Below, piece after piece: positions 12,801-26,346 of a DNA stretch of 64,000 nucleotides (position 1 is its first letter; each line of letters starts with the position of its first letter). Origin of the DNA: Setoptus koraiensis. Taxonomy: Eukaryota > Animalia > Arthropoda. The position numbers were made by a program, and so were the translations under genes. The notes under the pieces were generated by a model, which was given only the letters and a program-made list of their open reading frames with translations, was not told the origin of the DNA and made no database searches. The stretch spans positions 15,996,001 through 16,060,000 of the forward strand of contig CM106586.1 of the NCBI GenBank assembly GCA_048013815.1, written 5' to 3'.

Positions 12801-14924
12801 GGCTCTGATGTGTGTGTGTATAAAATAGTGACAATTTATCATTATGTGCCGCATAATATCTCCCGACTAAATCCATCCAACTACGTACGTATAGCGGCAG
12901 CGGCAGCAGCAGGATATTCATCGTGGTGATAGTCACCATTTTAAAGCTTTTGATAGCCGTCATAATATGTGTCATTTTCGTCACCGTCATTGTCGCTATT
13001 GTCACAATGGCCGTCATAATCGTCATGTTCATCGTCAGCGAACTCTATCCGACCGGGCTCGCCAACATCTATCTAAATTTCCTATGCCAAACAATGCATT
13101 ATAATAATACTTTATTTTAACAAGTAAAATGTATATACATATAAAATGTATAACGTGCGGCCGCACGGACCCCCGGTTAGTGTGTGCGGGCCCCCGACAT
13201 CGATCAATATCATCATCAGATCAGTTCATTGCGAGCCGGCAATGAATCATCGCGCGTGGGGCGCCAGATACACACACACACACACACACACACACAAGTA
13301 TATACAAGCGGGCCCCAAATAAAAGCGAAGTGCGCAAGATAAAGAGAGAGAGAGAGAAATCCCGCTGGCATCTTTTTAATAGGGGCCAAGCGCGGCCCCA
13401 TTGCGCTGCAAGGTACAGCTGTCACTGGGCTAACTGGCCCGGCGAACGGGTGCAAATATATATAATGTTAATTTATCCTTATTATTATGTAATATAGGGC
13501 GCAATAATAAAGATATAAAGTTACCCTTTGCGGAGGGCGCCCTTGGCCGGTGGCGGGCGGCGCGTTGAGCAAACACGCGCCGCTACGTGCCCGCTCGCTA
13601 AGCCGACCGGCAGAAGTCGGCACGTGAAGTGCGCCGGCCAGGTCCGCACGGGCCGGCCAGACGCGCACGGGCCGGCCGGCCAGGCGAGGGGCCAGGTCGG
13701 ACTGGCCCGGCGGCGCAAGGTGCGCCGGCTCGGCGGCCAATCGGCGCGGCGACCGGATTCTGGCGGCGGGTTCTGGCGAGCGGGCTGGCTTTGATTCATG
13801 GGACGGGCGCGGGCAGCGGGCGAGAGTCGGGCGAGCAGCGGGCGAGAGTCGGGCGAGCAGCGGGCGAGCGGCGGGCGAGCGGCGGAGAGAATTGATTGGG
13901 CGCGGGCGCCGATTGCGGCGCGACGGGCCCCAACAGTGTAACGATACATAAATATAATCTAGTGGCGCATATAATGATTTATATACACAAATGCGCCGAC
14001 TGCATCCATTCACTGGATTCGAGCGGCGGGCTCGCGCGCTTGCGGGCCGCCTCGCGAGCGGCGCACGGGCTTGAGCGCGCGGCAATGCTGTTTGTTTGTC
14101 TCGCGCCTCACTAACCCTCTCACGTGCCCGTTCGGGCTGCATGTTCGGCGGCGCGGCGCGGCGCCGCTGGAATTATTATCGCGGGTCTTGGCGTCGCCTA
14201 CAAGACTTGTTAGAGCTCGGCGCGGCCCGCCCGACGACTGCGCTGCACAACTGGAGCGCAGTGTGCGGCGCGACCGGGCCTTCGTGAGCGTTCGCGGCGG
14301 CTCGCAACGTCTCGCGGCGGCCCGAGAAATCCGGCCAGGCGCGGCAGGGCACCGACGGGCCGAGACTCTCGGCCTGACAGTGCGGAGGGCGCCCAGCGAC
14401 GCAGAGCGCCCGGCGACGCACACCCGCCACGGCGCGCACACACAATCTTGCGCAGCCTGCGCAGTGCAGGCTGTATAAACAGAGAGTAGCGAGATTATGT
14501 AATAATAATAATAATGGTAATAGTAATAATAATAGTAATAGTAATAATATGATGTAATAATAGACTGCGCGCCGCCAGCCTCTTTGGCGTGCTCGCGCAA
14601 TCTGTGCGCTGCTGAGACCATGCGCCGCGCGGGAACTTGTTGGCGGGCGGAGAGCGGGGGGAGGGGCGCACAGAACCGTTGCCGAGCTGCCGCTTGGCCC
14701 GACCGGCACCGACCAGCCCGACGGGCCCGCAGCAGAGAGGCCAACGAAACGGGCAGACAATGCGCTCTGCCGGACGAGACAAGGGGCGCCAGACGAGACA
14801 CGGGGCCCCAGACAAGGAGCGGCGCGCCAGACAAGAAATGGGGCGCCCGACGAGCAGCGCGCAAAGATGCGAGACAGCGGCGAGCGGCGACGAGCGGGCA
14901 CAAACGGCGTGCCCAGCGAGTTAT

Positions 14925-15006
14925 AACTACATACCCCGGTCATAACTATATGCCCCGGTTATAACTGTATGCCCCGGTTATAACTGTATGCCCCGGTTAT
15001 AACTGC
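14925..15006. repeat. 19-nt tandem repeat (GCCCCGGTTATAACTGTAT) x~4
   Basis: Period 19 (G at 14952, 14971, 14990); each unit holds the palindrome GTTATAAC. Confidence 0.9.
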
Positions 15007-18000
15007 ACACTCGGGCAGCCAGAGTCGGGCTACATTATCGGCGGCACACATAGCACGCGCCTAATAACACGTCAGCTCGCATCTTACGTAACAATTATAA
15101 TCTAGCCAGCGCATAACGGATCGTCGCTCGCAGCGAGCTCAAGCGATAAACGCAACAAAAGCAACAGCGCCCGTCTTGGCGACCATCAAATCGGCGCGCA
15201 CACACACACGCACGCACACCCAGGTCGCACAAATACGCGGCCATATTGTTACATAATATCACGTTTATGGGCCCCATTGTATCATGATTTGTATTATTAT
15301 TGGCGCGAGTCGAACAGCCTGCGAGCGGGCTGTGCGAACCCTCTTCGCCGAATTAGAGGCTCGAACTGGCTGCGATTAGCCGACTGCGAGAACCCGCGAG
15401 ACTGTGAAACTGCGGCTGCCGGTGGGGGCCGCCACAGCGCGACCCGCCAACAAAGAGCTCAATCAAACTGCGACTGAGGCCGCCACCGGGCGCCCGAAAA
15501 AAACGCGCGGCCCCAAAAAAGCCAAATAGGAAGCCAACCAGCGCCCGTCTCATGATTGACGTCTATTTACTTTTTGAGGTGACTAGTTAACTGACTTGAG
15601 GCGCCCGATGCACGGGCCGCGCCGGCCGCCACTGCTCGCCACGGGTTGACGGTTAACTGGCGAAACTGGCCAATTTCGCGCGACACACAAACTGGCGACC
15701 AACGGGCGACCAACGGGCGACCAACTGGCGACCAACGGGCACCACATTCCAAGATCCTCTGTGTGGCCCCCTTCGGGCTCCTTCGGGCTGCACGCGGCCG
15801 CGTGTGGCCCCATTCGGGTCGCGCTGTCGCCCGACGCCCGTGGGTCGGGCCCAATATAGCCGAGACTCTGGCGGAGGCGCGCGGTTGCCTGGAGATTGGG
15901 CCCAATTCTCGACGCGGCGCCCAATTCTGGCGCCCAGATCGACGGCCGTCTGGGTCAATTGTCGGATTCGGCCGAATCCGGTGTCAAGCCGACGTAGTCG
16001 ACAATTTGCGAGCCGTCTGAGGGCCCAGTAGCCATAGCAGCCGTAGCAGCCGTAACAATGGGCCGGCGCCATAGTAATGCGAGTGCCATTAAAGTGGCAA
16101 GTATCAGACAACTGCCATTGTTTAATTGGCTGAAAAATAAGAGAGCGGGCCCCATTGTCGCTCAATGGGCCCATTTTTCATTTTTATCCCGCCGCTTGCT
16201 CCGCTCAGTCAATCAGTCGCTCAGTGTGAGCGCGACTGACTGACAAACTCGCTCGCGGAGAGCGCCGGATTCAGTTGCTCAAGCGGCGGATTCGGTTGCT
16301 TAGGCAACCGAATCCGTCGCTCCCCAAATGTGAGCTCTGTTGTGTCAGTCAGTGTGGCTAACAACTGCTCACTTTGGGCAACCCGAAGTCGGGGCCCCAA
16401 AGCGAGCTCCGGGGGCCGGCAGCCAGCGGGCAACGGTGACACGAGTTGTCACAGACAGACGCAAGGGATCGCAAGCGAGGCCGCAAACAACAACGACAAC
16501 CGTTCGACTGTTACGCCAAGTACCTGACTCGGGGCCCGGTGGCGCCAGCAAGTCAGCGAGATCCCCCCCCCTTGCGCCGTTGCAGCGCGGGCGCTTGAGT
16601 GAAAGTGACGCAAATCCGGCAGCGAGGGCCCCAGCAAATTCCCGTCTAGTCAATGCCAGTCGGTTTGTCTCACTGTCTGTTGCATAACGAGCGACAGGCG
16701 CGCAGCTTACACACTCAAACTCTTCAAACGACTGTCGCCCCACTAATGCTAATACGCCTAATATTACCCAATATTACGTAATATAACTGTTCAGTACTGC
16801 GTAGTATTATTACGTAATATTACGTAATATGAGAGCGGATATATGAGTTATAAGACTGTCGCTGGCGCCTTGTTCCGCGGCCGCCGAGTGTCTAATGACA
16901 ACTGTCAAGGCCACAACGGGCCCCGCCGCCGCCGCCGCCGACAACAACAACGACAAGGCGCGCTCGCACACCGAGTGAGAATCGGCGACAAATTCAGAGC
17001 CGGGCGCCGCAAGCGGCGACACCAAATAGCGGGCCGGTGAGTGGACGCCGGCCGACAATCATTAATTGATGCCAGCGAGCTCGACAGAATCGATCGACTT
17101 GCGGCCATGTCGCGAGTGACTCGCCAAATTAGGCGATGTCGGCTCAGCGTCATGATTGAACCTGGCAACGATCACTTCCGGTTTCGCGATTCTCAGCGAC
17201 TCGATCGCTCGTGGCGACCGCACCGCCACTTAATGGCACGCGTAATGGCAAACCGGTAGCCAACGGTAACCAGCTACAACTGAATCAACACGAGTCGCGG
17301 CCTACAAAATGCGCACATTGCGCGCCCGGAACCCGCCCTGTCTCTCTGAAATATCCCGCAAACATCCTGAAATATCCCCGAAACATTAGCCCCGACATGT
17401 GAATATCCTCGTTGGGTAGCTCGAAATCCATCAAAATCTGGCTCGGCGGTACTTTTCGTAAATATATATTTTCCATGTAAATAGTGTTTGCCGTTCTTGC
17501 GCCACCACGTCGGTCCTATTGACGGTGTCCGTGAGAGGGCGCCAAGTCAGATTAGATGCCATCTAACAGATGGGCAACATCAATTATTGGCCGCTTCTGA
17601 AATTTAAAGCAACGTCTGCAGCGCCCCTTTGCGAAAATATTGAAAAATAAAATTTTCTCCGGCGCACAACCACGGCGTCGGAGCGCTGTCGTCAAGTCGC
17701 ACGGATTTGGGGCCCACGGATTGGGGGCAAAAAGCAAAACGCTGGCCGTGTCAAGCCGTTCGACTCGATCGGATATCGCGATTAACCTAACCTGGGGTTA
17801 GTGGCCCGTTGTGGCGTCGCTTGGGCAATCTGTGTGTTTGCATGAGTTGATGGATTCGGGTGTCACCGGTACCCGGGCAGAGCTTCATTATCATAAATTA
17901 TGCCCCATTGTGAGCCGGATGCGCGGATAATTCCCGCGATGGTGATCCCCAAAACTGGCTAGGCTGGATTGACTCTGTGCCACCGAGTCAGTGGCCGGTT

Positions 18001-19718
18001 GGCGGTGGATGCGGTCGGCGCCGAGCCTTCGATTAAAACGACGAAAGCAAAACAACGAAAGCAAAATGACGCCACCGAGCGGGATGTTTGGGGTCAAGGG
18101 AGCAAACAATGGCCCTCGAACGGCGCGCGAAAATGTAAATTGATAATTATTGCAAAAAATTTGCATTTATAATCGGCGGGTGTCATGGCACAGGCCGATT
18201 ATAAATGCCACAGTTGGCGAACTATGCGTAATAAATGGCCCGATTTGCATCATCCGCTTACGAGCGCAATCCCGAGCCCAATTGGGATGCGGGCGGGCCG
18301 GACGAGCGGCGAATGGCCGGCAATCGGGTCAAGAGTCCATATGCACACTGGCCCAGTGTCAGTGGGGCCGCTGGGCGACGCGCGACAAAAAGCGGCCAGG
18401 GCCCAAATTGAGAGGAAAACAAAAAGTGGGGCCCCTCGTAAGCCAGTGACTGTGCTAGTTAGCGGCACCGCTGGCGGCGGCGGGCCCGTCACACAATTCA
18501 ATTATCGTCTCATCTCTAGACAGCTAGGCGTCGCTGGCGGACGGACAGTTCATTGTGAGCGGGTGAATTGTCGCCCGAACCGCTTGTCGTGCTGTCAATT
18601 TCGCGTAAGCTGTTGTTTGCTTGCCGTTGTTGTGTCGGGTAGTCGGATTGTCGGATTGTCGGCCCGCCGCCGACAACTATGCGCGCCTATCTCGTCTCAT
18701 CTGGGCCGAGCTGTCCGGCGGGCTCGGCTGGCGCGGCGCCCCATTTGATTATCTCTGACTGGCCCAGTCAGAGCGGGTGTAATGCGAGCAAAAAAGGGGC
18801 CCGCTCAAATGGGGCCGCCGCCTCGGATAGCCCGGCAATTGTTGTCTCGACATGTCGCCTGATATCATCAGGCCCGTGATATCAGCGCGCGATATCGCTT
18901 GCATAGCAGGCGCGCACAGCGCCGGACACGGCCAAATATCCGATCGGGGGCGCGCACAGTTGCGCAACTCTCTGGCCGCCCGACTCTGGGCGCCCGACTC
19001 TGGCCGCCAGAGTCTGTTTTGCGGCTCGCACCACATCACGCGGCTCGCATGACGCAATTCGTCAAGCCAGCCCGAGCGGCGGCCGCGGTCGCGCCGGGCC
19101 CCATTGCAGCTCGCGCTGCATATTTATTCAGTCAGGCTCGCGAGAGAGGGGGAGCGGGGAGAGGGGAGAGTGGCGTGCGAGAGATAGAGTGTGCGGAGTT
19201 ACTCAACGCACACACACACACACTATCCATATCAGACTGCTGTGCGTCAAACAATAACGGGGGCACATAGCGACCGCGGCAGTGCGCGAACGAGCCCAAG
19301 GAGCGCTGCGGGCCGGCGCGGCAAGTGCGAAAGCCAACCGACCCGACAGGCCTGACAGGGCCGACAGAGCCGACAAGGCTGACAGAGTGGAATTGGATCG
19401 AGCAATTCGAGAGCAGCGCACAACTCGCGAACAGAGCCAACTGCGACGGGCACCTAGCGACTCGCGACGACAGACCTAGCGACTCGCGACTGGCGCCGAC
19501 TCGTCGATTGGGCAATGGTGAGCGAACGGCGCACTTCACACACACCCTTGCACAGTGTGAGAGAGGCAGCGGCTAGCGAACAAACGACGACGACGACGAC
19601 GAGTTTAAGATTTTAATTTATGCAAATTGTCATCATCATCGGCAGCCAAGCGGCCAGCGACAGCCAGCCGGCAGCAACTAGTCGGCGCACAACAGTGAGA
19701 GCGAATGAAGCGCAAGCC

Positions 19719-19878
19719 GAGAAGAACGAGCGACGAGAAGAACGAGCGACGAGAAGAACGAGCGACGAGAAGGCGCCAACGAAGCCCAGAAGCAGAGAAG
19801 AAGCCCTGAGAAGAACAGAGAAGAACAGAGAAGAACAGAGAAGAACAGAGAAGAACAGAGAAGAACAGAGAAGAACAG
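19719..19878. repeat. Purine-rich arrays: 16-nt (GAGAAGAACGAGCGAC) x3 and 10-nt (AGAAGAACAG) x7
   Basis: Read directly. Confidence 0.9.
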
Positions 19879-21220
19879 AGAAGAAGCACAGAAAAGAAGC
19901 GGACAATTGTGAGAGAAGAAGCCGAGAAGAAGCTGACAATTGTGAGGCCGGCGAATTCTCGCAAACACACGAATACAGTATCCGTGTCCCGTAATTGACA
20001 GCGCGCCGCAATTGGCCCGGCCGCAACGTGCACGAGTTGCGCAACAACGAGACGCGGAACGCGGCGCGAATAAGAAGTTGCCACAGCGAGTCAGAACGAC
20101 AATTGGAACATTCGAATTCTTATTCTCGTTCGAGTTGGTCGAGTTAAGTTCTCATTCCGTCGACTGTCGCACCGCTGCTCGCAACGCAAGAGCAACTAGC
20201 AGCTATCTGATGCAAGCGCTTCAAGTGGCCGTATTAATAAGTAACCGTTAGTTGTCAACTAGTAGCTTGCCAGACGCCACACGCCAGACGTAGAGGGCGC
20301 CCCCAACGAACGAAACAATTAACATTGAACGCCGTTAGTGGCATTAGCCTAATCGCAATCATAGCCAAACGCACACCAAGACAAAAGTGCAAAAGCGATT
20401 GGCAAGCGAGCAAACAAACAGTCAGCCTGGGGCCAGACAGCTGACAATTGCACGCTCACACACACACACACAATTTATGGGGCCCTTTGTCCGCCGCCAA
20501 TTATCATAAACATATTTATATATTGTATTATATAACTATCATCGCAGGCTATTAGCTGACAATATAATAAGCGCTGCCAATATCAGTCTCGTGGCCGCTG
20601 TCAAGCTTGTCTCTTGTTTGCCGACATTTCGCCAGATTTCGCCCGATTTTTGCCAGATTTCGCCAGATTTCGCGAGATTGCACTGACGGCAGCGACCTGA
20701 CACCCATCGAGCAACCACCGCAGAGAACTAGCAATTACGATTGCACGACAAGATGAATTAATTAATCAAATTAAACGCCAGCAAGCAAGCAAACAAACAA
20801 ACAAACGAACGGGCGAGAGGTCAATCCACAAAAATACACCAAATTACACACCACAATAACTTGTACAACACAACAAACACCAACTTACACTTGTTGTTGC
20901 GACCATACAATTTATACAACAGCTACAACAGGATATATATACATACATATATTTATATGAGGCGCAATTGCATCGTTAAATAAATTGCGCCGCAGACACT
21001 CGCCGAGCCGATCGACTTGGCCCCCGCTCGCTCGCTCGCTCGCCATTATTTATGCGGCATATAAATACAACACAAACAATACAATTGTGAGCCAAACAAT
21101 AAGTGTGTGTCGACAAAGTAGCCGCTGTGAATAACCAACGAGCAACCTATTACGCAACTACAATTACACGCACCCATTACAAATGATACACGTCGAGTGC
21201 GCAAAGTCGCTAGGTGCCCC

Positions 21221-21427
21221 ACAACAACCGCAACAACCACAACAGCAACAACAACAACAACCACAACAGCAACGACCACCGCAACAACCACCGCAACAAC
21301 AAACACACCAGCAACAGCCACTGCAACAACCACTACAACAACAACCACAACAACAACTACAACAACAACAACCACTGCAACAACAGCGACAACAACAACA
21401 GCGACAGCAGCAACGACAACAACAACT
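21221..21427. repeat. Imperfect (CAA/CCA/CAG)n microsatellite
   Basis: Read directly; non-coding context upstream of TASK. Confidence 0.9.
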
Positions 21428-22991
21428 TGAGCATTCTAAACTGACATCTGTCGCCGCTCACACACCTGCCGCACTGCCGGTCAGCTCCGCATATCCGGCT
21501 CTAGATTCATATATCCGGCCCATATTAAACGACGGCATGCATTACGTAACGTATTAGCGGCTTAGTTATTGGCGCAGTGCGACACAAAAATATTGGAAAT
21601 ACTAGAAAATAGTGCGTGTGTGCATCTGAGTTTGTCGGCTGACCAGCGGCACTTGCCCTGTCCCGATAATAATCACAAAAGTCGACAAAAGTTGCTCGCC
21701 GACATCGACAACTCAAATCGACAGCCGACATCGACAACCCAATCGACAACCCAAATCGACAGCCCAAATCGACAATCCGAATCGACGAGCCAAATCGACG
21801 AGCCGAGGCCGCTAGAGGCGCCGTAGCGACACGGCGAGCATAGCGACATTCGCGACTCACACAGCGAGCATAGCGAGTATAGCGACATTCGCGACTCACA
21901 CAGCGAGCTGATCGCGGCAAGTGGCCTATGAAAGATCTTATGCAACCACCAGTATTGACTGGCAGTATCTGGCCGATCGTCGCCGTTGCGCATTGCAAAC
22001 AATTTCCCGCGAACCGCACAACAAGCGGCCCGCATTAGATTAGCGGCGGCGGCGGTGGGTCGGTCAAGAGGCGAATTTGATCGGTTTGCAAGGGTCGGTT
22101 GGCGGGTGTTACCCGACGCTTACGCATCGGATCAATCAGAGAGCGGCCGAGCCAAGGGTGCGGCAGGTGCCTGATTGGGCATAAATAAAAAGAGGACAAG
22201 GCAAGAATTTGTGCGCCCCTGGCGTCGCCCAAGCAAACAAACAAACAACAAACACAATTACTGTGTGTGCGTGTGTGTGTTGCGCCGAAACAAACAGCCG
22301 AAACTGGTGGCTACATAACGTGGCTACATAGCGTGGCTACATAGCGTGGGCGATAAGTGGGCGAAACAGCTTTGGCCAGCTCGGCCGACAGAGAAGAGAA
22401 AAGGGCGAAAAAGAATAAGAGAAGAATGATACAATTCTTGAACAAGTGAACGCACACACACACAGTGAGAGAGCGACACACTGAACGGGCCCCAGAAGCG
22501 AGTGAGGCGCCCAGAAGCGAGTGAGGCGCCCAGAAGAAAGGCGAGAGGATAATAGCCATAAATCAATGCGCGTCGGCGGTCCACTCAATTGCCACTCTAT
22601 TCAATAATTCAAGCAAACAGAGCGAATCACATTTCAGCGAGCATTTTGCGAGCGATCGGCAAACAGCTTTCGACGCTGGCCCCGAAGAATATCTCCAGAA
22701 ACAAGAGAAACAAAGTTGCGTTTTATAACAATTGGGGCGAGCTTTATTTATAGTGCGCAAACACAAGTTTGAAAATAAATCACAGATTTTGAGCCGGATT
22801 TTGCGTTGCAGGCGCGCCTCAGCACACAGCCAGCATCTGTGGCCGGATCGGGCGCACGTCGGGCCCAATCAATTTCAGCCGGCAAATTAATTTTAAATTA
22901 ATAAATTTAAATTGGCCCAACCAACAGAGTGAAATCAGTGTATCGCTGGTAACAACAATCAAATTCGTACAAATGAAAAAAGTCAGCCTTA

Positions 22992-23274
22992 ATGAAGAGA
23001 CAGAACATACGTACCCTATCACTAATTGTTGGTACATTTACATATTTATTAGTCGGCGCGGCCATATTTGATTTTCTTGAATCGGATCATGAACTGCGCC
23101 AGAGAGAAGGCCTAGAGCTCATAGAATTGATGGTTAAAAGAAAATACAACATTAGTGATGAAGATTTTATAGTTCTCACAACCACCGTTATAAAGTCTGT
23201 TCCGCACAAAGCCGGCATACAATGGAAATTTTCAGGTGCCTTCTATTTCGCCACAACCGTACTGACCACGATAG
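22992..23274 (+). CDS. KCNK9: TASK-subfamily two-pore K+ channel (KCNK3/KCNK9, Task6/Task7, sup-9-like), coding exon 1 of 3
   Basis: Translates [31 protein letters not shown]...KYNIS...[25 protein letters not shown], the TASK N-terminus, M1, cap and P1. Ends at ATAG|GTGAGT (phase 1, inside the GYG codon). The symbol marks the family; one-to-one orthology is not established. Confidence 0.97.
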
Positions 23275-23340
23275 GTGAGTTTGTTGTTTCTCCCCCATTC
23301 CAAAACGCATACCATTTGCGCGACATATCTCATATGAGTC

Positions 23341-23445
23341 ATATCATATTATACAATATTATATTAGATTATATCATATTATATTAGATTATATCATGTT
23401 ATATTAGATTATATCATGTTATATTAGATTATATTATGTTGTATT
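23341..23445. repeat. AT-rich 20-nt minisatellite (ATATTAGATTATATCATGTT) x~5
   Basis: Four clear copies at 23361-23440 plus a degenerate one, starting 66 nt into intron 1. Confidence 0.9.
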
Positions 23446-23819
23446 AAAAAAAAAATGGGCCTATGCATGCACCCGAGCGGCCCCTTCCGGCATTTTGTAC
23501 TCCTTTGTGCACTCCGGGGCGCAGAGCGCTGGCACTGCTAGGGGGGGACCCTCACAGAGATAAATCACCTGTCTGTGATGCGCCAAGTGGCGTTATTTGA
23601 GCTTGATTTATAGCCGTGGCGTGGCGCTGGCGCAGTCTACGTATAGTACGTAGTGCGTATCTCGACTGATTTGCCCACCAGTGGAGCAGCCGCTGCAAAA
23701 TAACGGACGGGCGGATAAAATGACAGGGCCCCATTTAGCCGGGCATTGTTTCGATCATAACGGAAGCCCATTGTTGTTGCTGTCTGTCGCTGATCATGAT
23801 AAATTTGCTCGCTCGCGCC

Positions 23820-23955
23820 AACAACAACAACGACAACAACAACAACAACTACGGCGAAACGACAACAACGACAGCGACAACAACGACAGCGACAACAACG
23901 ACAGCGACAACAACGACAGCGACAACAACGACAGCGACAGCGACAACAACAACTG
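23820..23955. repeat. (CAA)n plus 15-nt (GACAACAACGACAGC)n array
   Basis: About five perfect 15-mers read directly. Confidence 0.9.
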
Positions 23956-26258
23956 CAGCGAGACGACACTGACAGTTGTCATACCTACAACTGTTGTTGT
24001 GACAATGTCGGCTTAAAAAAGCGCCACACACACTCGAAATAATGCCGCATGATGAACAGCGCCACATGTGCGTCGCCCCTCGCCCCCTGCCCTGCCCAGA
24101 CAGCCGGCCAAGATGATCCGCCGGGCCGGCCAATCTATCAATCTGGCGAGTCAATTTATTTCGAGCGGCCCGCCGACCGGGGCCCGCTCGGCACCGCTAG
24201 GCAACGACGCGGCCCAAGTCGCTCGGGCCGTCATATTGTGACGGTCATAACGACCATTCAAAATCAGTCACCTGACTGCCGCGCGCCCCATTCACAATTG
24301 TCGGCGGCGCCACATCATGACAGTGTGACAGTTTTATAGTGGCCATCAATTTAAAGATGATTTGCCCTATCTTGGGCGCCCCTTGTCGGCGCTGGCCGCT
24401 CACTCTCGGCGCTGGCGCCCCCCTTGCCGGCGTAGCTGTGCCCACGCTACGACCAGCGCTCAGCTGTTCGGCGGCGATTGCCTAATTGGGGAACCTGTCG
24501 ACTGAGCGACTTGCGCGGGTTTTCACTTGATTAATTACGGGCCTCACTAATTAGTGCCACTGCCGCTTATGTGTGTGTGTGTGCGTGCCCGTATGAAGTG
24601 CGTCCATCAAGCTTTCGCTAATCTTAAGCCGAGCTCATGTATAAGCGCTCATGTGGGGCCCCCGCCAGATGCCTCTGCTCACTGACCCGTTGCCGGCTCC
24701 AGTAGCGAGTGGGGCCAATGGCGAGTGGCCCAATGGCGAGTGGGGCCCCAGCAGCAAGTCGAAGCCATTAAGCCATTATTGTATGTGAGTGTTGTTGTCG
24801 CCACAACTGGCGCCATTGCGAGCTGATTGCTCGCTCGACTACTCGACGCACACAGCAGAGCTGGGAGCTGGGGCCAACAAACGGGGCCCGGCCGTGAGGA
24901 GCGCGAGTGGCATTAGAAACACTTAGTGCATTGAGGCACAAAAGAACAAGCAAACCGTCTGTTTATCCGCCGGCGAGCGGCCAGCGTTCGTAGATAAACA
25001 CAGCTGACACACAGCAACAACAGATCACAAGAGCGATAAATGGGGCCCCGGCAGCTTCGGCCAGGTTGGCCACCTTATGCACAGAGTGCGTGATTGATCT
25101 CGAGCGATCACCTCATCGTCTTGCCATTGGCCGAGCTTGGTCGGTCCACAATTGGCAAGTTGCCAGCCTCGACAATGAGCGAGCGAGCCCAAGACAACGA
25201 GCGGGCCCCATTTGTCGCCAGTCTGTTTGGGCGACTCTGGCGCCCAATTGGCAAACTCTGGCGGCGCCAATCGAGCTGCCCGATGAGCGCACTTGGGGCC
25301 GCACTCGAGACGATCGCTCGAGTTTGATCGGCATCGACAGTGGCCAGCATCCAGTGATTGGCCCGCCCGTGCAACTTGCGCGATGGGGCCCCACTCACTT
25401 ATTGTGTGCTTATCCGTGCCAAAGTGTGTGCAGACTGGGGAGCAGGCACCAACCGCTACCTAACGACACTGTTGGGCACAACTGGCCCGCCAGTCGCGGC
25501 CAGCGCGCACTCTGTGACCGTCAGAGTCCGACGGCCCCAATCAATGCAAAGTCCGACGTGCAGAGCGGCCAAACTCGGCGACAATCGACAGCGCGATCGC
25601 GTATTCATCGGCATTCATCGGGGCCCGCATTCCTCGGCTCGCTGGCCGCCGCTCGGCTCGTTGGCCGCCGCTCGGCTCGTTGGCCGCCGCTCGACTCGGT
25701 CGCTGCCGCGCCGGCAGCAACGGCCAGTGGATGCGAGTCGGAACCGGAAATCGGAATGCGCAAAGAATGCGTCGCCGCGAAAGCCCGTGATGAGCGCAAG
25801 CCGGCTGCCTGTACCTACTGGATGTGAACTGCGCCCACTTCCGGCTATCGTTGAGCCGCCGAATTAGCGGGGTCCGTGCGGCTGCCCGACGGCGGTGGTC
25901 GGAAATTTTCAGACTGTCGGGCTGTCAGACTCTCGGACTGAAAGTATCATGTGGATGCGGCCACGGCAACCGTCCGGTGAATTACGCAAAAATGTCGCAA
26001 ACGCCGGCCAACAATCTGTCAGGCGGGGCCGCTTGTTAGTGGTTCGTTGCACGGGGCGCCCTGCGAACAACAATGCGACGATCAATCTCGTCGCGGCGGC
26101 CAATCTCGCCAATTTAATCAAATTCCTCGGATCGCTCGGGGCCAGAGCGTGCGACGCTGCGTAGCCCGCCAGGGCTACACATACCACGACACGCTGATGA
26201 TGATAATGGAGGCAATAATTTTGTTTCGGTGTTTGGGCGCCCGACTGGCGCCCGCCTA

Positions 26259-26346
26259 AATTGGCCGCATTGGCCGAATTGGCCGCATTGGCCGAATTGG
26301 CCGCATTGGCCGAATTGGCCGCATTGGCCGAATTGCCCGAATTGCG
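26259..26346. repeat. 18-nt tandem repeat (AATTGGCCGCATTGGCCG) x4
   Basis: Dimer of a 9-nt subunit; read directly. Confidence 0.9.

Noticed and set aside
13468-14964. Overlapping 200-300-aa ORFs on both strands
   Set aside because: Arg/Ala/Pro/Gly-rich, open in several frames, no recognisable domain; expected in very GC-rich DNA with few stop codons.
21183-21557. Gliadin-like Q/P-rich ORF
   Set aside because: Simply the CAA microsatellite read in one frame; no convincing splice or start context.
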